Positions 56,814-64,000 of a stretch of 64,000 bases of DNA are shown here, piece after piece. Numbering within the stretch: position 1 is the first letter of the stretch; each line of letters opens with the position of its first letter. The DNA is taken from assembly GCA_964584895.1 (NCBI GenBank), contig CAZPAW010000002.1, positions 66,748 to 130,747 on the forward strand, in the 5' to 3' direction. Position numbers and translations under genes: made by a program. The DNA comes from an uncultured Candidatus Saccharibacteria bacterium (GTDB lineage Bacteria; Patescibacteriota; Saccharimonadia; Saccharimonadales; JAGQNJ01). Under the pieces are notes generated by a model. The model was given only the letters and a program-made list of their open reading frames with translations, did no database searches and had not been told where the DNA came from.

Positions 56814-58900
56814 TGGCGGATAAAAAAATTGATCTAAAAAATTATAGGAACATCGGCATTATCGCGCATATTGATGCTGGTAAAACCACGACAACTGAAG
56901 GTATTCTTTACCGTACAGGATTAAAGCACAAAATTGGCGCTGTTCACGAAGGTGAAACTACAACTGACTGGATGGAGCAAGAGCGAGAACGTGGAATCAC
57001 AATCACCTCTGCCGCTGTTACTTGCTTCTGGAAAGATCACAAGATCAATATCATCGATACGCCAGGACACATCGACTTTACTGCAGAAGTTGAACGATCG
57101 CTTCGCGTGTTAGACGGGGCTGTTACGGTATTTGACGGTAAAATGGGTGTAGAAAGCCAATCAGAGACCGTATGGAGACAAGCTAATAAGTATAACGTTC
57201 CTCGCATCTGTTTTATTAACAAAATCAATCAAACGGGTGGCGACTTTTACAAATCTCTTGACACTATTCATGCGAGACTAACTAAACGAGCTTTCCCTAT
57301 ACATTTGCCTATTGGCTTTGAGCAGTCAATTAATGGAATCATTGATCTGATTAATATGAAGGCCTACACATATAAAGAGTTTACCGATCATGAATTGGTG
57401 GAGTCTGAAATACCTGAAGATATGCTTGATCAGGTCAAAAAGTATCGTAGTCTACTAATCGAGAATGCTGTAGCAGAGGATGAAAAGATCTTAGAAAAAT
57501 TCTTTGAAGTTGGCGAAGAAGGACTGTCGGAGGACGAAATCCGACAAGCTGTGCGAACGGCAACACTAACTAGTGACTTTTTTCCTGTAACGGGTGGCGA
57601 TGGACGCGGGGTTATTGTAGAGAAAGTACTTGACGCTGTTAATGACTTTTTGCCAAGTCCACTTGATCGTGGTTCTGTCTGGGGTACACATCCTAAAAGT
57701 GGTGACGAGATCGAGAGAAAACCAAGTGAAACTGAACCAATGTCAGCGCTTGCTTTCAAGATTGCAACAGACCCATTTGTAGGAAAATTATGTTTCGTTA
57801 GAGTTTACTCAGGCAAGCTTCAAGCTGGTTCATATGTTTACAACAGTTCTACTGGCGAAAAAGAACGCGTTGGACGAGTTGTACGAATGCAGGCCGATAA
57901 ACGCGAAGATATAACTGATATTAGTGCTGGTGATATTGCTGCCATCGTTGGACTCAAGGGAACAACTACTGGTAACACTTTATGTGATGTTAACAATACA
58001 GTAGTACTAGAGAATATCACATTCCCTGATCCACCAGTGTCAATTGCGATTGAACCAAAAACGAAAGCCGACCAAGAAAAGATGGGTATTGCACTGCAAC
58101 GTTTAGCAGAAGAAGATCCAACCTTCCAGGTAAAAGTTGATCACGAGACTGGTCAAACGATCATTAAGGGTATGGGTGAGTTACACCTAGAGATTATTGT
58201 TGATCGAATGAAACGCGAGTTTGCAGTCGAAGCTAACATCGGTCAACCTCAAGTTGCTTACCGCGAAACTATCCGTAAAGATGGTATTGAAGTGCAGGGC
58301 AAATTCATTCGTCAATCTGGTGGACGTGGTCAATATGGTGATGTATGGCTTCGTTTGTCTCAGAACGAACAAGGTAAAGGATTTGAATTTATTAACAAAA
58401 TTAAAGGTGGCGTAATCCCGGCAGAATATATAAAACCAGTTGAAGAAGGTATCAAAGAGGCTATGAACAATGGTGTGTTAGCAGGATACCCGGTCGTTGA
58501 TATTGTTGCAGAACTCTACGATGGTAGTTACCACGATGTCGACTCGAGCGAAATGGCCTTTAAAGTTGCTGGGTCAATGGCTTTGCAATCAGGTGTTAAA
58601 CAAGCATCGCCAGTACTACTAGAACCTGTCATGAAAGTTGTTGTTGTAACCCCAGAAGAATTCATGGGTGAAGTTATCGGGGACCTCAACAGTAAACGTG
58701 GACGAATTGAATCAATGGAAGACTTAACCGCGGGAATCAAAGAGATTACAGCGTTCGTTCCTCTGGGTGAGATGTTTGGCTACACCACAAACTTACGAAG
58801 TAATACTCAGGGTAGAGCTAGTTCAAGTATGGAACTTGACCACTACGAAGATGTTCCTAACAACGTCGCCGAAGCTATTATTGCTAAAAACAATAAATAG
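56813..58900 (+). CDS. fusA: Elongation factor G
   Basis: 695 aa with a GTG start after GGAG. Motifs AHIDAGKTT and DTPGHIDF. Confidence 0.97.
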   Translation: MADKKIDLKNYRNIGIIAHIDAGKTTTTEGILYRTGLKHKIGAVHEGETTTDWMEQERERGITITSAAVTCFWKDHKINIIDTPGHIDFTAEVERSLRVLDGAVTVFDGKMGVESQSETVWRQANKYNVPRICFINKINQTGGDFYKSLDTIHARLTKRAFPIHLPIGFEQSINGIIDLINMKAYTYKEFTDHELVESEIPEDMLDQVKKYRSLLIENAVAEDEKILEKFFEVGEEGLSEDEIRQAVRTATLTSDFFPVTGGDGRGVIVEKVLDAVNDFLPSPLDRGSVWGTHPKSGDEIERKPSETEPMSALAFKIATDPFVGKLCFVRVYSGKLQAGSYVYNSSTGEKERVGRVVRMQADKREDITDISAGDIAAIVGLKGTTTGNTLCDVNNTVVLENITFPDPPVSIAIEPKTKADQEKMGIALQRLAEEDPTFQVKVDHETGQTIIKGMGELHLEIIVDRMKREFAVEANIGQPQVAYRETIRKDGIEVQGKFIRQSGGRGQYGDVWLRLSQNEQGKGFEFINKIKGGVIPAEYIKPVEEGIKEAMNNGVLAGYPVVDIVAELYDGSYHDVDSSEMAFKVAGSMALQSGVKQASPVLLEPVMKVVVVTPEEFMGEVIGDLNSKRGRIESMEDLTAGIKEITAFVPLGEMFGYTTNLRSNTQGRASSSMELDHYEDVPNNVAEAIIAKNNK

Positions 58901-58917
58901 AAATATAATTAATCAGA

Positions 58918-59118
58918 ATGCCAGAACAACGGACGCAAGTAGAAAACGAACAACTAGGTACGCAGTGCATGTTTTATGCTGCGCTTGGAGGATATTCTTT
59001 ACCAGCAGAAGGTTTTAGTATTAACAAAATTATACCCGAAAACATTCCAGACCACGCAGCAAAAAGTCTAGAGAGAATAGCTTTTTTTCTTGATCTAGTC
59101 AGTAATACTGATAATTAG
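58918..59118 (+). CDS. Hypothetical protein (66 aa) within the fusA-3'-end duplication
   Basis: TATAAT (58904-58909) plus 8 nt, then the ATG. Lies between the functional fusA end and its displaced 84-nt copy. Confidence 0.4.
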   Translation: MPEQRTQVENEQLGTQCMFYAALGGYSLPAEGFSINKIIPENIPDHAAKSLERIAFFLDLVSNTDN

Positions 59119-59131
59119 AAAAGTGTAACGC

Positions 59132-59215
59132 GCTAGTTCAAGTATGGAACTTGACCACTACGAAGACGTGCCTAACAACGTCGCTGAAGCAATCATCGCT
59201 AAAAATAGTAAATAG
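59132..59215 (+). pseudogene. Displaced, diverged copy of the last 27 codons + stop of fusA
   Basis: 84 nt, 76/84 identical to 58817-58900. The first 35 nt are identical. Seven of the 8 differences are synonymous in the fusA frame (ends KNSK* versus KNNK*). Confidence 0.85.
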
Positions 59216-59281
59216 TACAAAATTTACAAGAAACTAATAGCGATACAAAAAAGACCCTTAGAATAAATTGCTACACTGTCA

Positions 59282-60082
59282 CTATTTAGTTACATTTGTT
59301 CCATCAGTGAAGTATTTGCCAGTATTAAAATCTGATCTCATTCGAGTGTAATCACCGGTAGGCAAAGGGATACTTTTAACCCTAATGGCGGCAATATCTA
59401 TCGGATCACCCAGAATCGCTACGTATATTCTAGCCTTTACTTGTCGATTAACTGGATTACCGAAGTTATCGGTGTCATATATATATTCATTAAAACCATA
59501 GCAACCTAACCGACGTGCAGTTTTATTACTTTCTTTCCTGTGATCATATGAAGTATTGCTGGTCGTATACCATGATTTTGCTCCCTCTCGGTATAAACGA
59601 ATGTTAACATTCGTATTCCAGCTTTTTGCCTTCCAGCATAGCTGTACTGCCATAGGACGATTTTTGGTGTTCACAGGCTTTGGAATAATAAAAGACTTAG
59701 ATATGTATGTCATTCTTGGGATGTTTGGACTACTTCTGGTTCTCCAGCCATTTAGCTTTAAACCTTTAGAATTAGTTGATACCTTGATTTTATTTCCAAC
59801 TGACCTCCATTTAACTACCGGAATACTACGGTCATATTCATCTTCATTGTTATTTTCCTTAGCGCCATCGTCATAATTTAGTACTTTAATCGGCTTTTTC
59901 TCTACAACATCCCCAGCTGGATAAGTTTTACTATAATTTTTGGACTTCGCATTAGAGCTCTTTATATTTAAGATATCCTGATTATACGCAACGTATCCTA
60001 GCAGTAGCATCGTTAATGATAACAAGCCAATTATTAACAATGATACTTTAGATTTATTTAGTTTGAATGTTTTTTTATTCAT
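59282..60082 (-). CDS. Signal-anchored secreted protein, paralog 1 (266 aa)
   Basis: N-terminal TM (VSLLIIGLLSLTMLLLGYVAY). Shares SKNYxKTYxAG, RPMAVxxCW, CxGF and VKAxxxx motifs with the adjacent ORF. Confidence 0.65.
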   Translation of the reverse strand: MNKKTFKLNKSKVSLLIIGLLSLTMLLLGYVAYNQDILNIKSSNAKSKNYSKTYPAGDVVEKKPIKVLNYDDGAKENNNEDEYDRSIPVVKWRSVGNKIKVSTNSKGLKLNGWRTRSSPNIPRMTYISKSFIIPKPVNTKNRPMAVQLCWKAKSWNTNVNIRLYREGAKSWYTTSNTSYDHRKESNKTARRLGCYGFNEYIYDTDNFGNPVNRQVKARIYVAILGDPIDIAAIRVKSIPLPTGDYTRMRSDFNTGKYFTDGTNVTK

Positions 60083-60121
60083 AGTTTTTACTAATTAAGG
60101 GATTGTACAGATTACACTAAA

Positions 60122-60955
60122 CTATTTCGTTATATCAACCTCGTTTTGTCTTTCGTAATATGCGTTTTCTGGTGGTTTTGTTGGTTCGAAAACTTTAACA
60201 GACGCGAGTTCAATGCCGCCTTCAGGGACTTTAATGAATAGTTTTGCTTTAACCGACTTACTAACTTTTTTCATGTATTGTCCGGGTTTTATTGGCTCGT
60301 TTTGTGGGTGTGATCTAGGGACTACTTGTTGATAGACGACATCATAAAAGCCCCAGCATGCAATTTCACGATAACGATTAGGGTCGGCTTCAAATTGATG
60401 TGTATAGTTTTTATGATATAAGCCAGCCTTGGTTCTCCACACATCTTGGACGCCTTTGCTTAAACGTAGTTTTATAGAGGTATTTTTACTTAAAGCCCGC
60501 CAACAAACATATACAGCCATTGGACGTTTTGATTTAGGTATAGTGAACCATTTACTTAAATAGACCCATCCTTCATTTTTGCTAGTGTATTTTTCATCGG
60601 CGTGATTCATTGTCCAGCCGTCAATAGTAGGACCGCCTGGCTTTGCAGGCATTTTTATAGTTTTTCCCTGCGATGCGACACTTACGAGTTTACCTCTTTC
60701 GTATTTGTAGCCAGCAGGTTTATAATTAACTAATTTTCCCGCAGCATAGGTCTTATTATAGTTTTTTGATTGGGCTTCGGAGTCTAAAAGATTGAATATA
60801 CCATTTTTGACTGCTATATATCCGAATAAAAACACTACCATTAGTACGACTAGAAAAAGTATCAAAGTCAGATTAGATTTTTTAGTTTTAACACTTTTTT
60901 TGTTTTTCATGTTCTTTTTGGTTAACACGGTTTTTTTCCTATTTTTTCTTTTCAT
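60122..60955 (-). CDS. Signal-anchored secreted protein, paralog 2 (277 aa)
   Basis: Very basic N-terminus followed by a TM (LTLILFLVVLMVVFLFGYIAV). Collinear motif matches with paralog 1, including two conserved Cys. Confidence 0.65.
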   Translation of the reverse strand: MKRKNRKKTVLTKKNMKNKKSVKTKKSNLTLILFLVVLMVVFLFGYIAVKNGIFNLLDSEAQSKNYNKTYAAGKLVNYKPAGYKYERGKLVSVASQGKTIKMPAKPGGPTIDGWTMNHADEKYTSKNEGWVYLSKWFTIPKSKRPMAVYVCWRALSKNTSIKLRLSKGVQDVWRTKAGLYHKNYTHQFEADPNRYREIACWGFYDVVYQQVVPRSHPQNEPIKPGQYMKKVSKSVKAKLFIKVPEGGIELASVKVFEPTKPPENAYYERQNEVDITK

Positions 60956-61147
60956 TTTATATTTAAATATCTTTATTTTAATTATTACTAATTTAACTAT
61001 AATCGAAATTATTCATATATGTCAATTTTTGTAAATACGTTCTTTCTTTACATAATTAACAAAATTCGATACTATTAATTAGTATCTCGCGTGAGTATTG
61101 TATACTTATGCTAAATATTTAAGTAAATAACAGGAGTAAACAACAAA

Positions 61148-62329
61148 ATGGCAGATTTCGATAGAAGCAAACCACACGTTAACGTAGGAACAATGGGACA
61201 CGTTGACCACGGTAAAACTACACTTACGGCAGCAATTACAGCAGTATTAGCTAAAAAACTTCCGAGTGACGTAAACAAACCAGTTAAATACGATGAGATT
61301 GACAAAGCACCAGAGGAAAAGGCTCGTGGTATAACCATAGCAACTTCTCACCAAGAGTACGAGAGTAAAAAACGTCACTACGCTCACGTTGACATGCCAG
61401 GTCACGCAGACTACGTCAAGAACATGATTACTGGTGCCGCTCAAATCGACGGCGCTATTTTGGTTGTATCTGCAGCTGACGGCCCTATGCCTCAAACCCG
61501 AGAACACGTACTGCTTGCAAAACAAGTTGGCGTACCATCTATCCTTGTTTTCATGAACAAAATGGATCTTGCAGATCCAGAACTAGTGGAACTTGTAGAA
61601 ATGGATATCCGAGAACTGTTAGGTAAATACGAATTCGACGAGAATGCTCCTATCATCAAAGGTTCTGCAACAAAAGCCCTTGAAGGTAGCGCAGCAGACG
61701 AAGATGCCGTAATGGAATTAGTCGATAAAATGGATGAATACGTACCAGAACCAAAGAGAGATCTTGATAAAGATTTCTTGATGGCTATTGAAGATGTGTT
61801 CTCTATTAAGGGACGTGGAACAGTAGCGACTGGACGTATAGAACAAGGTGTAGTAAAGGTTAACGAAGAAGTCGAAATTGTTGGTATCCACGATACTAAA
61901 AAGACTGTAGTAACAGGCGTAGAAATGTTCAAGAAAAATCTTGATCAAGGTCAAGCTGGTGATAATGTCGGAATCTTGCTACGAGGAATCGAACGAGACG
62001 ATATTGAACGTGGTCAAGTTTTGGCTAAACCAGGTTCAATTACACCTCATACAGAGTTTGATGCTGAAGTATACGTGCTAACCAAAGAAGAAGGCGGACG
62101 TCACACTCCATTCTTCAAAGGTTATAAACCACAGTTTTACTTCCGAACAACCGATGTGACTGGTGAAGTTGAACTGCCAGCCGACAAGGAAATGGTCATG
62201 CCTGGTGATACAGTAACTTTCAAGGTTAAATTGATTCAACCGATTGCTATGGATCAAGGACAACGTTTTGCTATCCGCGAAGGCGGACGAACGGTAGGAG
62301 CTGGTGTTGTAACTAAGATTACTAAATAA
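61148..62329 (+). CDS. tuf: Elongation factor Tu
   Basis: 393 aa with GHVDHGKTT and [17 protein letters not shown]. Confidence 0.98.
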   Translation: MADFDRSKPHVNVGTMGHVDHGKTTLTAAITAVLAKKLPSDVNKPVKYDEIDKAPEEKARGITIATSHQEYESKKRHYAHVDMPGHADYVKNMITGAAQIDGAILVVSAADGPMPQTREHVLLAKQVGVPSILVFMNKMDLADPELVELVEMDIRELLGKYEFDENAPIIKGSATKALEGSAADEDAVMELVDKMDEYVPEPKRDLDKDFLMAIEDVFSIKGRGTVATGRIEQGVVKVNEEVEIVGIHDTKKTVVTGVEMFKKNLDQGQAGDNVGILLRGIERDDIERGQVLAKPGSITPHTEFDAEVYVLTKEEGGRHTPFFKGYKPQFYFRTTDVTGEVELPADKEMVMPGDTVTFKVKLIQPIAMDQGQRFAIREGGRTVGAGVVTKITK

Positions 62330-62346
62330 GTAATCCGAGAAACCAT

Positions 62347-62380
62347 AAAAGAGCCTCCAAAAAATGAGGCTCTTTTAAAT
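62347..62380 (+). terminator. Rho-independent terminator after tuf
   Basis: Stem AAAAGAGCCTC / GAGGCTCTTTT (62347-62357 / 62366-62376) with an 8-nt loop and a T-rich tail. Confidence 0.75.
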
Positions 62381-62498
62381 TTTGATACTATGTTGTACAA
62401 TAGATACACAAATTAATCGTGATGACTAAAAGTCGTTGTAGTTGATCTAAATATCATTACAAAGATGTTACATCGCACAGATAGAAAGGTAAAAATCA

Positions 62499-62885
62499 AT
62501 GACTGACGCCGACAAATCGACTCAATCTAAGAAAACATCCATAAAAAATAGCGAACCAAAAGAAAAAGCCGTAGCTTCAACTAGTCAACGGATAAGAATA
62601 CGTTTAAAAGCATATGATCATAAAGTAATCGACCAAGCAACAAAACAAATTGTTGATACGGCAATCAGAACGGGCGCAAATATCGCTGGGCCAATCCCAC
62701 TACCTACGCGTAGAACTGTATATACAGTAGTAAAAAGCCCTCATGTCTTTAAAAAAGGACGAGAGCAATTCGAAATGCGTACTCACAAACGACTTATCGA
62801 CGTATTAGAACCAACACCTAAGACAATTGATTCATTAATGAACCTCAGTTTACCAGCTGGTTGCGACGCCGAAATCAAGATGTAA
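62499..62885 (+). CDS. rpsJ: Ribosomal protein S10 with about 28-aa N-terminal extension
   Basis: The S10 core starts at [12 protein letters not shown]. No in-frame ATG lies closer to the core than 62499. Confidence 0.9.
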   Translation: MTDADKSTQSKKTSIKNSEPKEKAVASTSQRIRIRLKAYDHKVIDQATKQIVDTAIRTGANIAGPIPLPTRRTVYTVVKSPHVFKKGREQFEMRTHKRLIDVLEPTPKTIDSLMNLSLPAGCDAEIKM

Positions 62886-62895
62886 ATTTTGTAGT

Positions 62896-63297
62896 ATGAA
62901 AATGCGTGAAATATCTGACCAGCAATTAAGAAATAATATTGAATATCATGAAGATTACTCAACACTCCAAAGTTATGCGCCGATTGGTTGTAGGGCATGT
63001 CCTCAAGTAGTATCCTTCGCAGAAAAATTAGCGCTGAACGTACTACGGAACGCTAGTCAATATAACTTCAGAAGAACAAGAGTAAAGTCAGTTGATGAAA
63101 TGAAGCGTGGCCAATTAATGCTTGAAGCAGCTGAATTGATGAGTCGAAGATTTGAATTATGCCCTGGGCCAAGCATAGTTGATCCAAACAATGTTGACGA
63201 GAGTCTAAAGCTACCTGTTAGCGGTTTATTTTCAGAAACACACCATATTCCTAATATAGCTGAGGAGTGTGGCTTACCGCATACCGAACAGCAGTAA
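62896..63297 (+). CDS. Hypothetical protein (133 aa) between rpsJ and rplC
   Basis: ORF begins 10 nt after the rpsJ stop. TAAATT (62883-62888) plus 7 nt precede the ATG. No family recognised. Confidence 0.45.
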   Translation: MKMREISDQQLRNNIEYHEDYSTLQSYAPIGCRACPQVVSFAEKLALNVLRNASQYNFRRTRVKSVDEMKRGQLMLEAAELMSRRFELCPGPSIVDPNNVDESLKLPVSGLFSETHHIPNIAEECGLPHTEQQ

Positions 63298-63318
63298 AAA
63301 ATCTGTTATAATCTGATT

Positions 63319-63582
63319 ATGGCAAAAAAACAAAAACGTGCGCGAGAAACTGATGACGCATACTTTCTCAAATTAGTACTGTTTATGATTTTAGGTTCTA
63401 TGTGGTTAAAAGTTAGCGATGGGCAAACTTGGCAAATTCCATTACCTGTAGGATTACTTTTTGGGATTCTACTAGCTCGGCATGATCATTTTCAAATTGA
63501 CAGAAAAATTGAATATGCAGTTTTACTTATTGCAGCATTCATAGGTTTTTGGGCCCCAATCGGCATCTACATAAACTTGTAA
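63319..63582 (+). CDS. Small membrane protein (87 aa) between rpsJ and rplC
   Basis: TGTTATAAT (63304-63312) plus 6 nt, then the ATG. Probably two or three hydrophobic helices. Confidence 0.5.
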   Translation: MAKKQKRARETDDAYFLKLVLFMILGSMWLKVSDGQTWQIPLPVGLLFGILLARHDHFQIDRKIEYAVLLIAAFIGFWAPIGIYINL

Positions 63583-63739
63583 TATACACAACATATTGAC
63601 AGAGGTAAGTTATTTGTGCTAATCTGTTATGGTATCAAGAAAATCCTTGGTGATTCTAGTGAAGGTTTGTCTCGTTTAACAGAGACAAAAACCACATAAG
63701 AGCCAATTTTTTTATGCAAATAATTGAAAGGGTCTAAAC

Positions 63740-64000
63740 GTGGACTTTAAGAGTCTTATTACAACTAAAATTGGAACAACAAGTACCATCAACGAGGACG
63801 GTAGCGTTGAAGCAATTACTCTTTTGTCTGCGACTCCCAATACAATTACACAAATTAAGACAACCGAAAAAGATGGTTATAATGCACTGCAAATAGGATT
63901 TGAGAACAAAAATCAATCAAAACTCGGCAAAGCACTTCTCGGTCATGTCAAAAAATCAAAAGTTATGCCTCGAATTATCAAAGAAGTGCGAATCAATGAA
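63740..64000 (+). CDS. rplC: Ribosomal protein L3, 5' part (runs off the window)
   Basis: GTG 63740 opens a frame reading VDFKSLITTKIGTTSTINEDGSVEAITLL...TEKDGYNALQIGF...LLGHVKK. This is typical of the L3 N-terminus. The ORF is not in the supplied track. Confidence 0.85.
   Translation, partial: MDFKSLITTKIGTTSTINEDGSVEAITLLSATPNTITQIKTTEKDGYNALQIGFENKNQSKLGKALLGHVKKSKVMPRIIKEVRINE

Noticed and set aside
48431-62263. Numerous 60-146-aa antisense ORFs inside rpoB, rpoC, fusA and tuf (for example 51293-51637, 52422-52787, 57430-57759 and 61492-61932). The same applies elsewhere in the window to ORFs inside gatA, rsmD (39346-39765), radA and the PBP gene.
   Set aside because: All lie opposite strongly conserved coding frames. 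They have low-complexity S/T/L/P-rich translations and lack start-site signals. These are typical shadow ORFs.
1-64000. Alternative genetic code (UGA recoding, as in some candidate-phyla bacteria)
   Set aside because: TGA terminates conserved genes at the expected length, often in ATGA overlaps (gatC/gatA, gatA/orphan, orphan/gatB, rnhB/yraN, hisS/next gene). The standard code fits.
1-64000. CRISPR arrays, IS transposases, rRNA genes, reverse transcriptase/DGR
   Set aside because: I found no short direct-repeat/spacer array, no transposase-like or RT-like ORF and no rRNA-like sequence on reading through. The only long repeats are IR-A, IR-B and the fusA 3' duplicate.

Overview
AT-rich, very gene-dense bacterial chromosome segment. 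It uses the standard genetic code and has many ATGA/GTGA start-stop overlaps. The gene content is mostly housekeeping. It includes a split transketolase, fba, uvrB, gatC-gatA-(orphan)-gatB, galU, dnaE, pilB, rplS, rnhB, pepN, nusA, clpC, radA, a PBP1A-type protein, recG, rsmD, hisS, tig and clpP. It ends with rpoB-rpoC-rpsL-rpsG-fusA-tuf-rpsJ-rplC. By inference only, this looks like a small-genome, Saccharibacteria/CPR-like or Gram-positive-like organism.

The stand-out locus is 39.9-43.3 kb. A more G+C-rich large serine recombinase gene and an alanine racemase gene sit immediately 3' of tRNA-Leu(UAG). Each is bracketed by its own inverted-repeat pair: IR-A (125 bp, 123/125 identical) and IR-B (175 bp, 175/175 identical). 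The two pairs abut, and all three junctions share the 7-mer CCACCAA that ends the tRNA. attL-like, inverted attP-like and attR-like junctions therefore co-exist on one molecule. The recombinase ORF also reads through the core, so its C-terminal tail depends on which junction it faces.

Secondary observations:
- A diverged 84-nt duplicate of the fusA 3' end flanks a 66-aa orphan gene.
- Two paralogous secreted proteins lie antisense between fusA and tuf.
- Orphan ORFs are wedged into the rpsG-fusA, rpsJ-rplC, gatA-gatB, rplS-rnhB and tig-clpP junctions.
- Canonical CIRCE operators sit upstream of clpP and clpC, with the -35 box inside the spacer.
- Many genes carry a TATAAT-N6-8-ATG (leaderless-type) signature.

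No CRISPR array, rRNA or IS transposase was seen.
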